Below, piece by piece: positions 22,161-32,547 of a stretch of 64,000 bases of DNA. The stretch comes from Mytilus trossulus (taxonomy: Eukaryota), in assembly GCF_036588685.1 (NCBI RefSeq), contig NC_086375.1, positions 38,688,001-38,752,000 on the forward strand, given 5' to 3'. Under the pieces are notes generated by a model. The model worked only from the letters and a program-made list of their open reading frames with translations. It searched no databases and was not told the DNA's origin. Made by a program: the position numbers and the translations under genes. Positions within the stretch are counted from its first letter, which is position 1. Every line of letters begins with the position of its first letter.

Positions 22161-25100
22161 GATTTAACCCGGTCGAACGAATCAATAAAATTAGGAACAA
22201 TTAACATATGTGGATGGACGAGAGACAATTGTGAATTAAGAAAAGGTATCTTCAAATCGATTAACTGTGATATAATTTGTGTTTGCGAAACGCATTTAGC
22301 TAAAGATGATGTAATTAATGTACCTGGATTTTCTTGGTTTGGTTTTAACAGAGTTGATATACACAAAAATGCACCGAAACCATCTGGCGGGATAGGAATT
22401 TTAGTTAAAACATGGATTCTTGAACATTATAACGCCTCAGTTATTGATAGATCATTCGATGGTATTTTAGGATTAAAATTTGAAAATAGAACGAATGATT
22501 CCAACTTTTTAGTATTTGCATGTTATCTTCCTCCTGAAAATTCATCTAGAGGCCGTGATGCTCCGAGTTTTTTTGCTCACTTACTAGCACAGATATATTT
22601 AAATGACGAATGTGATGCAATATTGCTTACAGGGGATTTTAATTCGAGAATTGGATCATTACCAGATACACTGAACGATATAGACTGTGTTCCTATGAGA
22701 AATACAATCGATAAAAGCATTAATCAGCACGGTCACGAATTTATAGACTTCCTCAATGAATCGAAATTTTGTGTATTAAATGGAAGATTTCAGGGTTGTG
22801 ATAATTTCACTTCTATTTCAACGAGAGGCAAATCCGTGGTTGACTATATTTGTGTTCCTCATGACGTGTTTGATAAATGTAAAAAGTTTGAAGTGCTTAC
22901 GGCGGAATCTATCGTTAATAACAATTCTTTGTTTGGATTATTAGGTGGGAAATCAAGACTACCCGACCATTCATTATTAATTACAGAGTTTACGGTCACG
23001 CATTTTGAACAGGCGGTTTCGACAGATAATGAGATGAAAAGAGCACGATTTAAAATTAACCAAATACCGTTAGACTTTATGAGTAGTGAGATACGGAGAA
23101 ATGCCTTGATGAATATTATCACTGACATCGAACACTCGCGAGAAACTCAGGAAAACATTGACGTGATTTATGAAAATTTATGCACCGAGATAATCGCAGA
23201 AATGACCGATAAAATCCCACAATATTGTAACTATAACTCTAAGAAGCGTTTTCGAACAAAAAAGCCGTACTGGAACGAAACTCTGACTGAACTTTGGAAT
23301 AAGATGCGTACATGTGAAAAAGATTTCGTCAAGTATTCTGGGAGGAGAAATATTAAAACAACTTTGCGCAATAACTACATGCAAGCTAGAAAATGTTTCG
23401 ACAAAAATCTAAGACGGGCAGAACGTACCTATAGAAGAACAGTAGCGGTAGAAATAGAGACAATGACGAGCAAAAATCCAACTGACTTTTGGGAAAAAAT
23501 ACGTAAATTAGGACCTAGAAGTAACAAATGTATACCACAGGAAGTCGTTGATGATGATGGTACTATAACTAGATCTGAACAAAAAGTTTTGGAAAGATGG
23601 CGTTGTGATTTTGAAAATTTATACAATGGTTTGTCGAGTGATGAATTTGATTCAGAACACTATACTCAAGCTAAAGTACACAAAAACCTATTAGAGGAAA
23701 ATATGGAGGACCCTTTGTATATGCCGAATAATCTTTTAAATGAGAACATATCAAGAAATGAAATAAATTCTATAGTAATGCAAGCGAAACTACGATCTGC
23801 AAGTGGATATGACGAAATACCATACGATGTTTTAAAATTTCCTGTAGTTATTGAAATAATACACAATCTTTTTCAACTGATTTTTGACTCGAGTTTAATT
23901 CCGTCCGCCTGGAGAAAATCCATAATTTGTCCTATATTAAAGGATCCGTCGTCAGATGCACGTATTCCGATGAATTACAGAGGAGTCAGTCTATTATCAT
24001 GTGTAAGCAAACTCTATAGCGCATTTGTTAACAAGAGATTATCAAGTTTTCTAGAGACTGAAAATATTCTTGCAGATGAACAGAATGGGTTCAGGAAAAA
24101 TAGGTCTTGTGAAGATCATATTTTTACCTTAAACAGTATTGTGAGAAACAATCACAACGTCTTTGCGGCATTCATTGACTTAAAAAAGTGCTTTGATTTC
24201 GTTGATAGAGACATGATGTTGTATAAGTTGCGCTTAAATAATATAGACGGCAAAATTTACAATTCAATTAAAAGCATTTATCAGCATACAAGCTCCTGTG
24301 TGCGTATCAACAATAAGCTGACGAATTGGTTTGACTGTAAATCCGGCGTAAAACAAGGGGATAACGTTTCTCCGACACTTTTCTCTATCTTCATCAACGA
24401 TTTGGTTAAAGAAGTAAATGATTTGAATTTAGGATTTGATATTAATGGAAGACAAATTTCACTTCTACTTTACGCTGATGATATTGTTATGCTCGCAAAA
24501 AGTGAGGATGAACTTCAACAAATGTTAAATGTGATTCATAGCTGGTGTAAACGTTGGAGGGTTCTGATCAACACGGACAAATCTAAGTGCGTGCACTTTC
24601 GTAAAGGACGTAAAAAGCAGAGTGAATTTAACTTTTCAATCGGCAATAATGCGTTAAAAACAGTGGACGATTATAAATACTTAGGTGTAACTTTTAACTG
24701 TAAAGGTAACTTTAATTTACATGCAGAGACTTTGGCTAAAGGTGCAGGAAGAGCCTTAGGTAAAATTATCTCGAAAATCCATAGTTTAAAGGATTTTGGT
24801 TTTCAGTCTTATGAAAAACTTTTTAATTCGTGTGTTACTCCAATCCTCGACTACGCATCTGGAATATGGGGAAATAGGAAGTTCCAATCAATAGACAACG
24901 TACAGAACAGAGCAATTCGATATTACTTAGGCGTTCACAGATTTGCACCAATTCTAGCACTGTACGGGGATACTGGATGGATACCAAGTCAGTTTCGGCA
25001 TTGGGTAAACATTATTCGCTACTGGAATAGGCTATTATCGTTTGAAGACGACCGATTAACGAAAGTGGTGTTCAATATGGATTATGATCGTTGCACAAAC

Positions 25101-25652
25101 AATTGGTGTAGTGACACTAAAGATATTTTCACGGAACTTAATATGTTACATTATTATGAAAGTAGAACAATGGTGGATTTAAAATCTTTTGAACAAATTG
25201 TACGAACTCATTACAGTGATATATGGAGAGAGTCCCTGATAAATAAGCCAAAGCTACGATCTTACTTAAACTTTAAAACAAACTTCGAACTAGAGCACTA
25301 TGTAAAACTAAATCTTACGAAACACGAGCGATCTGTGCTAGCCCAGTTTAGATGCGGGATATTACCGATCAGAATTGAGACTGGTAGATATATTGGGGAA
25401 CCAGTAGAAAACAGACTATGTCGTTTTTGTAACTCTCAAAATGTTGAAAGTGAGCTACATTTTCTTATAAACTGCACATTTTATAATGATATCAGACAAA
25501 CTGTTTTTAGCGAGATATTAATGGTGCCTGACTATACGCAACTAGATGACCAGGGAAAATTAACATTTCTAATGGTGAACCATCCAAGGAAAATAGCTAA
25601 ATACTTAGCAGCGTCACTTTTCCGTAGAAAACAAACAGTTTACTCTAGTTAA
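22161..25652 (+). CDS. LINE ORF2: AP endonuclease + reverse transcriptase + C-terminal CCHC, 1163 codons
   Basis: Frame is open from 22161. APE motifs: GTINICG, CVCETH, YLPP, GDFN, SVVDY, PDHS. RT motifs: NYRGVSL, QNGFRK, FIDLKKCFD, GVKQGDNVSP, YADD, YKYLG. Zinc knuckle: CRFC..H....C. No RNase H recognised. Confidence 0.95.
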   Translation, partial: DLTRSNESIKLGTINICGWTRDNCELRKGIFKSINCDIICVCETHLAKDDVINVPGFSWFGFNRVDIHKNAPKPSGGIGILVKTWILEHYNASVIDRSFDGILGLKFENRTNDSNFLVFACYLPPENSSRGRDAPSFFAHLLAQIYLNDECDAILLTGDFNSRIGSLPDTLNDIDCVPMRNTIDKSINQHGHEFIDFLNESKFCVLNGRFQGCDNFTSISTRGKSVVDYICVPHDVFDKCKKFEVLTAESIVNNNSLFGLLGGKSRLPDHSLLITEFTVTHFEQAVSTDNEMKRARFKINQIPLDFMSSEIRRNALMNIITDIEHSRETQENIDVIYENLCTEIIAEMTDKIPQYCNYNSKKRFRTKKPYWNETLTELWNKMRTCEKDFVKYSGRRNIKTTLRNNYMQARKCFDKNLRRAERTYRRTVAVEIETMTSKNPTDFWEKIRKLGPRSNKCIPQEVVDDDGTITRSEQKVLERWRCDFENLYNGLSSDEFDSEHYTQAKVHKNLLEENMEDPLYMPNNLLNENISRNEINSIVMQAKLRSASGYDEIPYDVLKFPVVIEIIHNLFQLIFDSSLIPSAWRKSIICPILKDPSSDARIPMNYRGVSLLSCVSKLYSAFVNKRLSSFLETENILADEQNGFRKNRSCEDHIFTLNSIVRNNHNVFAAFIDLKKCFDFVDRDMMLYKLRLNNIDGKIYNSIKSIYQHTSSCVRINNKLTNWFDCKSGVKQGDNVSPTLFSIFINDLVKEVNDLNLGFDINGRQISLLLYADDIVMLAKSEDELQQMLNVIHSWCKRWRVLINTDKSKCVHFRKGRKKQSEFNFSIGNNALKTVDDYKYLGVTFNCKGNFNLHAETLAKGAGRALGKIISKIHSLKDFGFQSYEKLFNSCVTPILDYASGIWGNRKFQSIDNVQNRAIRYYLGVHRFAPILALYGDTGWIPSQFRHWVNIIRYWNRLLSFEDDRLTKVVFNMDYDRCTNNWCSDTKDIFTELNMLHYYESRTMVDLKSFEQIVRTHYSDIWRESLINKPKLRSYLNFKTNFELEHYVKLNLTKHERSVLAQFRCGILPIRIETGRYIGEPVENRLCRFCNSQNVESELHFLINCTFYNDIRQTVFSEILMVPDYTQLDDQGKLTFLMVNHPRKIAKYLAASLFRRKQTVYSS

Positions 25653-27284
25653 CATTCTTAAACTTTTTTACAAACTTTAGATGAATTTATCATTATATGA
25701 ACTTTTACAATCGTTAATTCTTAATCTATAATTATCTGTATTTAAATTTAAATTGGCAATTGACACGTGATATTAGAACATTTATCATTGAACTAAAAGT
25801 AAAAGGTGACTTATTGGTCCATTGGGCCGGGTGTATTATATATGTAACTATATTTTGTACAAATTTATATATTTATGCTGACTTACACATGTCACTATAA
25901 TAAACAATTTACTTACTTACTTACTTACTTTATAAACATTGATAAACACCATGGCCTATAATTTACTATTTAATGTGATTGTCCAACGAATTCTTTAGAA
26001 TTTATCTTTGTAAAATATTTAGACGTAAAAAACATTTCATATTGGATATTTTCACGTCTACAAAATTTGATTATTTTTTTTTTTATGTTAAAACAAGAAA
26101 AATGATACTTGTTGACGATGAAATTGTACAAGAAGGATAAAATATAATTGATTGATTGCTGGTTGCTTTACTTCCAGTGGCAAATATTTCATGCATGTTC
26201 AGGACGATAAAGTATATATTAGTATAAAATGTATTTCAAAAATTATAATGAAATAAGAATTCCGTAAATGATATTGCGTAATTTTATCTACGATGTTGGC
26301 CTAGATAGGATATTAAACTGATCTTTAATAATTCATATGCATTCCATTATAACAATACTTTAAGAAAAAAAAACAATTTAGACCAAAATACTAAAATAAT
26401 AAAAATACTCTTTACTAAGAAGAATTGTATAAGCTTACGTGGGTATATAGTGTTTCTTAATCGATTTAATATTTGATCTAAGGAAAGTACTGAAAATATA
26501 AAGGTCTATACTTTCCCTTGGGGGAAACCACGCAGACTCATTAGAAAAAACACACAAAGAAAGCAATACAATTCGTGTGGTTTCAAATAAAATCTGACTA
26601 ACCAGTCTAAACCAGAGAAATCCTAACATCAAAACATATCTGCTTTTGTTATATTCCAGACCTATTTACTGAAAGTTGTACCAATGCTTAGTGTCCGTAC
26701 GAAAATCGGTCGAATAGAGTTCATTTTTTTAACTTCAACAGCCTCTCCCATTATTCATGAGTTTAAGAACGTTGTGGTTGATTAACATACAGTTCCTGTC
26801 CGAATTTCTATTTCGGCTTTGATTTGCGTCAACAACACAATTGGTGTACTACGAGGAACACAGAAGAGTTTCCTCGAATGGAAACTTTGCTCGTGGATAC
26901 AAATTGGCGACCGGATACCTGGATTTGTCTGCTATTACTGAACCTGGATTGTTAAACAGGATTGAAAAATATACATATCAAAACATGAATACATAAAAGA
27001 AATGCTTCGGCAAAACTATTAAATATACACAACAATTGCATGTGGGCACCAGTATTAATCTAAACTAATTTACCGGTATTATAAAGCGGATACTGTTTAT
27101 TATTCCTTAGAATCACAGCCTATTCCGTGTTTTATCTTTTTTTTTATATCTGATAATTGCTTTTGTATTCTTTTAACCATACAACTGGTTAATCTTTCAT
27201 TCATGAAGTAACAATAATAATATGCTAGTTTTAACTCGCGCAGTTTTATTGTCCTTTTTGTTTAATTGCTTAATCTCTTTTTTT

Positions 27285-27488
27285 TTATATAGATTAGACG
27301 GTTGGTTTTCCCGTTTGAATGGTTTTACACTAGTAATTTTGGGGCCCTTTATAGCTTGTTGTTCGATGTGAGCCAAGGCTCCGTGTTGAAGGCCGTACTT
27401 TGACCTATAATGGTTTACTTTAAAAAAAAATGTTATTTGGATTGAGAATTGTCTCATTGGCACTCACACCACATCTTCCTATATCTAT
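27285..27488 (+). repeat. Interspersed repeat family A copy (well preserved)
   Basis: Used as the reference copy for family A. Confidence 0.85.
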
Positions 27489-28119
27489 TTGCTAAAATTC
27501 TTTAATTTTGAAACTTTTTAAACTCTTTTAACGTATCTTGCTATTATCTTTTAAATATAACAGTAACAGTAGTTTGTATATGCGGTAATCTATCCTTTTA
27601 ATTACAGAGAAAATACGACGAAGCCAAAGTTTTAAGTCTTTTTACTAAGAAAACAAACACGAAAAGAAAAAGGGGGGTCCATACCCTAAGCGCCTGAGGA
27701 TCAGAACTTAAAAAAAAACCCAGATATTTTGTGAATGAGAGAGTGTCAACGGTTTAAAATGAATGAATGAATACTTAAAATATGACAGGTTCACACTCAC
27801 AAAATGTCAGAAGAATTTTTAAATTATTTAAATCCCTTGTCAATCACATGATCATTAAAACTTGAATGTTAGATTCTGAGTACCTGTGTAAATCTTATCG
27901 TGTATACCTGGCGGTTTCTTTTCAAAATACCTATTGAACTATAAACAATTAAGTTATATTCAGACAACGTATTAAAGGGTGTGTAAATGTTGAAAAGGTG
28001 TGGTGTGTAGTTTAGAGAGAGGTATGTGTGTCTTCATATTTATATTTTTCTATTATTCAATTTCGTGATTTGACTTCAGATTAGATGTATTTTTACTATG
28101 TTAGTTTTAACCGTGTTTA

Positions 28120-28572
28120 ATTTACATGTCAATGGATCTCCAATGAACAAAATCGAACTGATGAAAAGTTTGATATAAGAACATGTATAAATGTTTAAAT
28201 ACACGGAAAATATGAAGGAATTCGCATCAACAGTGACGATGTAACCATTCTATAGAAAAGGTTAATATTTTATACATGTCAATGTAACTTGAATGAACAA
28301 AATCGAACTCCTGCAGCATTTTTTATAAGAACATTTGTAAATATTTAAATACAAAATGTACACGAAAAGAAATGTAGTAATCCACAGCAACAGTGATGGT
28401 GTAAATATTATGAAAGAAAAGTTTATGCTCGTCAATTTAACTTCAATGAACAAAGTTTAACTCATAAAACATTTGGTATATGAACATTTGTATAAATATT
28501 TCAAAACACGAAAAGAAATGTAGGCGTGAATTCGCACCAACAGTGACGGAATAAATTTAATTATAGAAAAGT
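28120..28572. repeat. Degenerate tandem repeat, about 150-bp unit x3
   Basis: Recurring blocks GTCAAT..AATGAACAAA..GAACAT..CAACAGTGA(C/T)G..AGAAAAG. Confidence 0.75.
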
Positions 28573-29365
28573 CCATTCTTATGACTGACAATCAACATTC
28601 CTCAATTTTTGGTAACATAAAAAAAATAGTTCCATGATCATGATGATAGCATTGCATTTTATGAAATTAGCCCAATAACTCCTGACAGTTTATTTAACAA
28701 TGTGTTATGTGGAACTACTTCAAGATAACCCTTATTAATGATTTAAAGTACAAAAATATTAACAACAAAAATATGAATCGAATATTTTGCTTATGATCTC
28801 TTGAACGCAGGCACTTGTCTCTGAAAAAACCCACCATAATTCTAAATACAAATGCCTGTGCTCTTAAACCGTTGTGACGCCTTTTAAACAGTAAAACTAT
28901 CAACTGTTATGTTTACTACTGCATTGTGCAGACTAACCGAAATGATCTTCATTTAAATAAATATCTTTATCAATGATTATTTGAATTTTCGGGGATGATA
29001 ATAACCTCAGTCCATAATACCTTATAAACTGTTAATTCCGGACACAAATTGACCAATATCTCCTTGAAGATTTATAATATCCTGAGTGTAATATTTTATA
29101 AACATTTTCTGTCTAGCAAAGTAAACATATAAATCGGTTACTAGCTTGGATTATAATAGAGTGGATACTGAAAAAGATGTCGACGAACATTTAGTCTTCA
29201 TTGCGACAAGTGGTGGAATTTCAAGATCATTTGAGAAAACGTAATTTCATTTGTTTTTTTTTGTTTTTTTTTTCTCTTTGGAAATTTCTACAAATGCTGA
29301 AGATACTGGAACTTGTAGAAATGCACTAATACTATAGACACGTGTCGGTTGAATATAACTTTACT

Positions 29366-29476
29366 GTCAGTCTGATTAAAGTCAAACCTGTCAGCGCTGT
29401 CGTTTTCTTATATGTCGCGTGGGACGACATATTAGAAAACAGGAGCACTGAGAGGTTTGATTTTAATAAGACTGAC
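29366..29476. mobile_element. Foldback mini-element (imperfect palindrome, about 110 bp)
   Basis: GTCAGTCTGATTAAAGTCAAACCT..TATGTCG pairs with CGACATA..AGGTTTGATTTTAATAAGACTGAC; flanked by TTACT(GTCA) direct repeats. Confidence 0.7.
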
Positions 29477-29507
29477 TTACTGTCAACTATTTATTGTACA
29501 TTTTCAG

Positions 29508-29553
29508 GCATCACGTGATTCATTATGAAGTGAAGATGAACCAGAAAGCTCAA
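29508..29553 (+). other. Candidate 5'-UTR exon of galactosyltransferase gene 1
   Basis: TTTTCAG acceptor and GTAAGT donor; next acceptor TTTCCAG ends at 30128. Confidence 0.45.
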
Positions 29554-30163
29554 GTAAGTAACTTACCACTATATAGGAGTCTACTATTGTGTGTATGCAC
29601 TTTAGACTCTTTCATAACCTTTCCTTTACAACTAACTCCTTCCTAAAGCATGTAGATGAAATATTGGTTTCTATTACTATAGAATTATTTTCTTTATCAT
29701 ATTGCAATTATTTAGCACCTTAGCTTCATTTAACGTGTTTTTGTGTTGTTCGGTGTTTAGATATAATGCATTTTCAAACAAAAGTTATTGGATCTGTAAA
29801 ACAGAAGTTTTGTTGATGATTAAGCGGCCGGGAGTCATATTTGCTTCTTTTAGAACAACTTTGCTACTGCAATATACATTGGGTTTTTTTTATGGTATTT
29901 TCTATAAACCCTATAAAATATATACATATATTTACTACCTAACACTTAACAAACTCGTATGGTATTCTGCGAATAGATATACATGTACGCAATATGGATG
30001 ATCTCTCGATATTTGCATTTTGACAACTAGACAAAATCAATTCATCATTCCCTGAAACTAAAATCCATATTAAGATAAACAAAAATGTTTGAGTAAAATC
30101 ATTCATATACATGTATTGATATTTCCAGGTGTAAATACTCAAACCAACAATGATATTCCGGAA

Positions 30164-31264
30164 ATGGCAAAAGAAAACCTACATTTAAAATTTTTGTTAT
30201 TGACTTTAGTCGTTGCCCTTGCATGTTTAATTCTCACAGTTGTAAACGATTTGCAATTTCCTACTGACATACAACATGGAAAACAACATATACATAGCCG
30301 AATTATGTTAGGGAAACCCGAAAAGGAACCAAGAGAACATCATCATCCAGTTTATAAAAGAAAAATCCTGTCAAAAACAACTTATCCTATTGTGGTATCC
30401 AGACCGTATAAAATTAACAATAAGAACATTTGTTCTGGTGTTGATAAAGTTTCGTGTATAGTCATGGTGCATACCGCGCCACAGCATTTCGAAAGGAGAA
30501 TCCGAATGCGAGCAACTTGGCTAAACTCAACACACTACAGTCCCGAGAGTGTCCGGGTAGTTTTTCTGTTGGGATTAGTAGCTGATCCAGTTTTACAAAT
30601 AAAATTAGAATACGAAAGTAAAATTTATAAAGATATAGTGCAAGGATACTTCATAGATTCATATAGAAATTTGACTAACAAAGGTGTAATGGGTTATAAA
30701 TGGATTACTGAACATTGTAGAAACGCTGAATTTGTTGCTAAAATTGATGATGACGCTTTTATAAACTTCTTTAAATTATTCGAAGAGATGTCATACTTGA
30801 AGGAAAAGAAGAAATATATCAAATGTAATAAAATTTCTAAAGGTTCAATGAAAATCATACGAGAAAATGACAGCAAGTGGTTTGTTCAAAATGACGAATT
30901 CAAAGATATGAAAAGATATCCACACACTTACTGTAGTGGTTTTACAGTGTTTCTGTCAACAGACTTAGTACCAATGCTATATCATGCCGCCATTGGGTCA
31001 CCATTTTTCTGGGTGGACGATTTTTATCTATTCGGATTACTTCCTTCCAAAATTCAGGGTGTTATACATGATGGCCTTCGACCAAATTTGACGTTGAGAT
31101 TTCCAGAAGGTTTTAATTGTTATCAAGAACAGGGTAGAAAATGTCAGTATGTAGTGATGCCGGCTAAAGATAAAGAAATATACAGAATGTGGACGGCTGT
31201 TATAAGAGATAGAACGCAGAGTATATATGGCAATTACTACATGAACCTACCGACTAATGCATAA
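30164..31264 (+). CDS. Beta-1,3-galactosyltransferase-like protein (GT31), type II membrane, 366 aa
   Basis: N-terminal TM segment; motifs R..R.TW, VVFLLG, Y.DIVQG.FIDSYRNLT.K, KIDDD, YPHTYCSG, WVDDF. Confidence 0.92.
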   Translation: MAKENLHLKFLLLTLVVALACLILTVVNDLQFPTDIQHGKQHIHSRIMLGKPEKEPREHHHPVYKRKILSKTTYPIVVSRPYKINNKNICSGVDKVSCIVMVHTAPQHFERRIRMRATWLNSTHYSPESVRVVFLLGLVADPVLQIKLEYESKIYKDIVQGYFIDSYRNLTNKGVMGYKWITEHCRNAEFVAKIDDDAFINFFKLFEEMSYLKEKKKYIKCNKISKGSMKIIRENDSKWFVQNDEFKDMKRYPHTYCSGFTVFLSTDLVPMLYHAAIGSPFFWVDDFYLFGLLPSKIQGVIHDGLRPNLTLRFPEGFNCYQEQGRKCQYVVMPAKDKEIYRMWTAVIRDRTQSIYGNYYMNLPTNA

Positions 31265-32046
31265 CATGTTCGTTATTTATATTGAATGTGATATTTATTT
31301 TATTATATTTTATTTATATTATATTTTAAGTTAAATTCTTATATAAAACAAATCAAAATTGGCTTTACTTGAATGTCTTTCTAACTGGTAACAGTTGAAT
31401 TAAATAGTACCTGTAGTTGATTTTGATTTGGATAGCTCTTCAAGATGATACTGCATACTTTCCACAGCAATCGATACATACAATTGTAAGCGATATCTGT
31501 CCACGATTGGCCAACTACCAGTCGAGGTCAACCTTTTGACAGGACTTAGACAGATTTCCAGACGTTCCATTTGATTGGTGTATTTGAGCGTTGTTTTTTT
31601 TTTATGTCCTACTGAAGTCTTTTTTTTTTTAATTTAGCTTTTAGCTCGATATATTTAGTTTAAACTTTTTTGCACTCTTTACATGCACTGTATAATAAAC
31701 ATTTTACTAGAACCCGCTTATAAACGAAAAATATGATCATATATATAGTAAAACACATTAACAATGCGATATATATTGATCCCAAATATGTGTTCTTAAA
31801 TAATGCGTATGCTTGTATGGAGTTGCGCAGTTGTGATTTCCGACAGGGTAATCCATTGAAATCGGAATGACACCGACCTTTGGCGAGTGTACTACAGACT
31901 ATATCGCATTTATTCTGGTAGTTCCAAAATGCTTTGCAAATTGCATTTTTAGTCTCGAATTCTTACTTCTTGTATTGAATAACGGTGAATTTAATTGTAC
32001 AGAGTGACATTTTTAAAGGCATATACCATAAAAAAAAATGTGAATA

Positions 32047-32547
32047 CCTCACACGTAATTCAAATTCAATTCGCATTAACTATTTCGATTTGTTTAATTC
32101 GAACTCGAAACGTATAACGTCGTAAGGGACGACATGAAAAGTTCAATGAAGGATAAAAGACTTAATTCATATATTTTTTTCACTGACCCCCTCCTTCCCC
32201 CCCTCATGATTTAAGTTGGGAAACATTGTTTGACCAATAAGGAAATATGTAAAATCGATGTCAATTTTTACAAAACTTGCAGCAAATTGCCCCCCCCCCC
32301 CCAAAAAAAAAAAAACTATTTGAACTAAGTTTTTTTTATCCTACATTGATTTTTTTATGTCGTCCCTGACATCATTCTAATTCGAATTACAATGCGTGTC
32401 AAATTCGCGTAAACTGTCCAAACGACGTTAACGTTTTAAAATTCGTATTAACAAAAGCGTTGGATAATTCGAATTAACCAATTCGAATGAAAAAAGAATA
32501 GTGTGTGAACGTGATTAGCGAATTCGATTCGCACGTGTGAACGAGGC
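32047..32547. repeat. AATTCG-motif-rich element with CCTC..GAGG ends hosting a nested MITE
   Basis: Many AATTCGAA/AATTCGC motifs; CACACGT near the left end and ACGTGTG near the right end. Confidence 0.5.
32125..32367. mobile_element. MITE with imperfect TIRs of about 33 bp
   Basis: AGGGACGACATGAAAAGTTCAATGAAGGATAAAA versus TTTTATCCTACATTGATTTTTTTATGTCGTCCCT. Confidence 0.7.

Larger units (their letters stand above)
21782..25930 (+). mobile_element. 5'-truncated APE-type non-LTR retrotransposon (LINE; RTEX/Proto2-like, clade uncertain)
   Basis: ORF1 3' part plus intact ORF2, AATAAA at 25899-25904, (TTAC)n tail at about 25909-25930, TACTTTATA duplicated at 21773-21781 and 25926-25934. Confidence 0.93.

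Noticed and set aside
22623-22625. TTG start of LINE ORF2 given by the ORF track
   Set aside because: It lies inside the APE domain; the frame is open and conserved from 22161.
26790-26942. Possible orphan minus-strand exon (CAG..GTATGT)
   Set aside because: All three frames contain stops and no partner exons were identified.
30089-30163. N-terminal extension of GT31 gene 1 given by the ORF track
   Set aside because: Non-ATG start that crosses a splice acceptor at 30128; the paralog aligns from ATG 30164.
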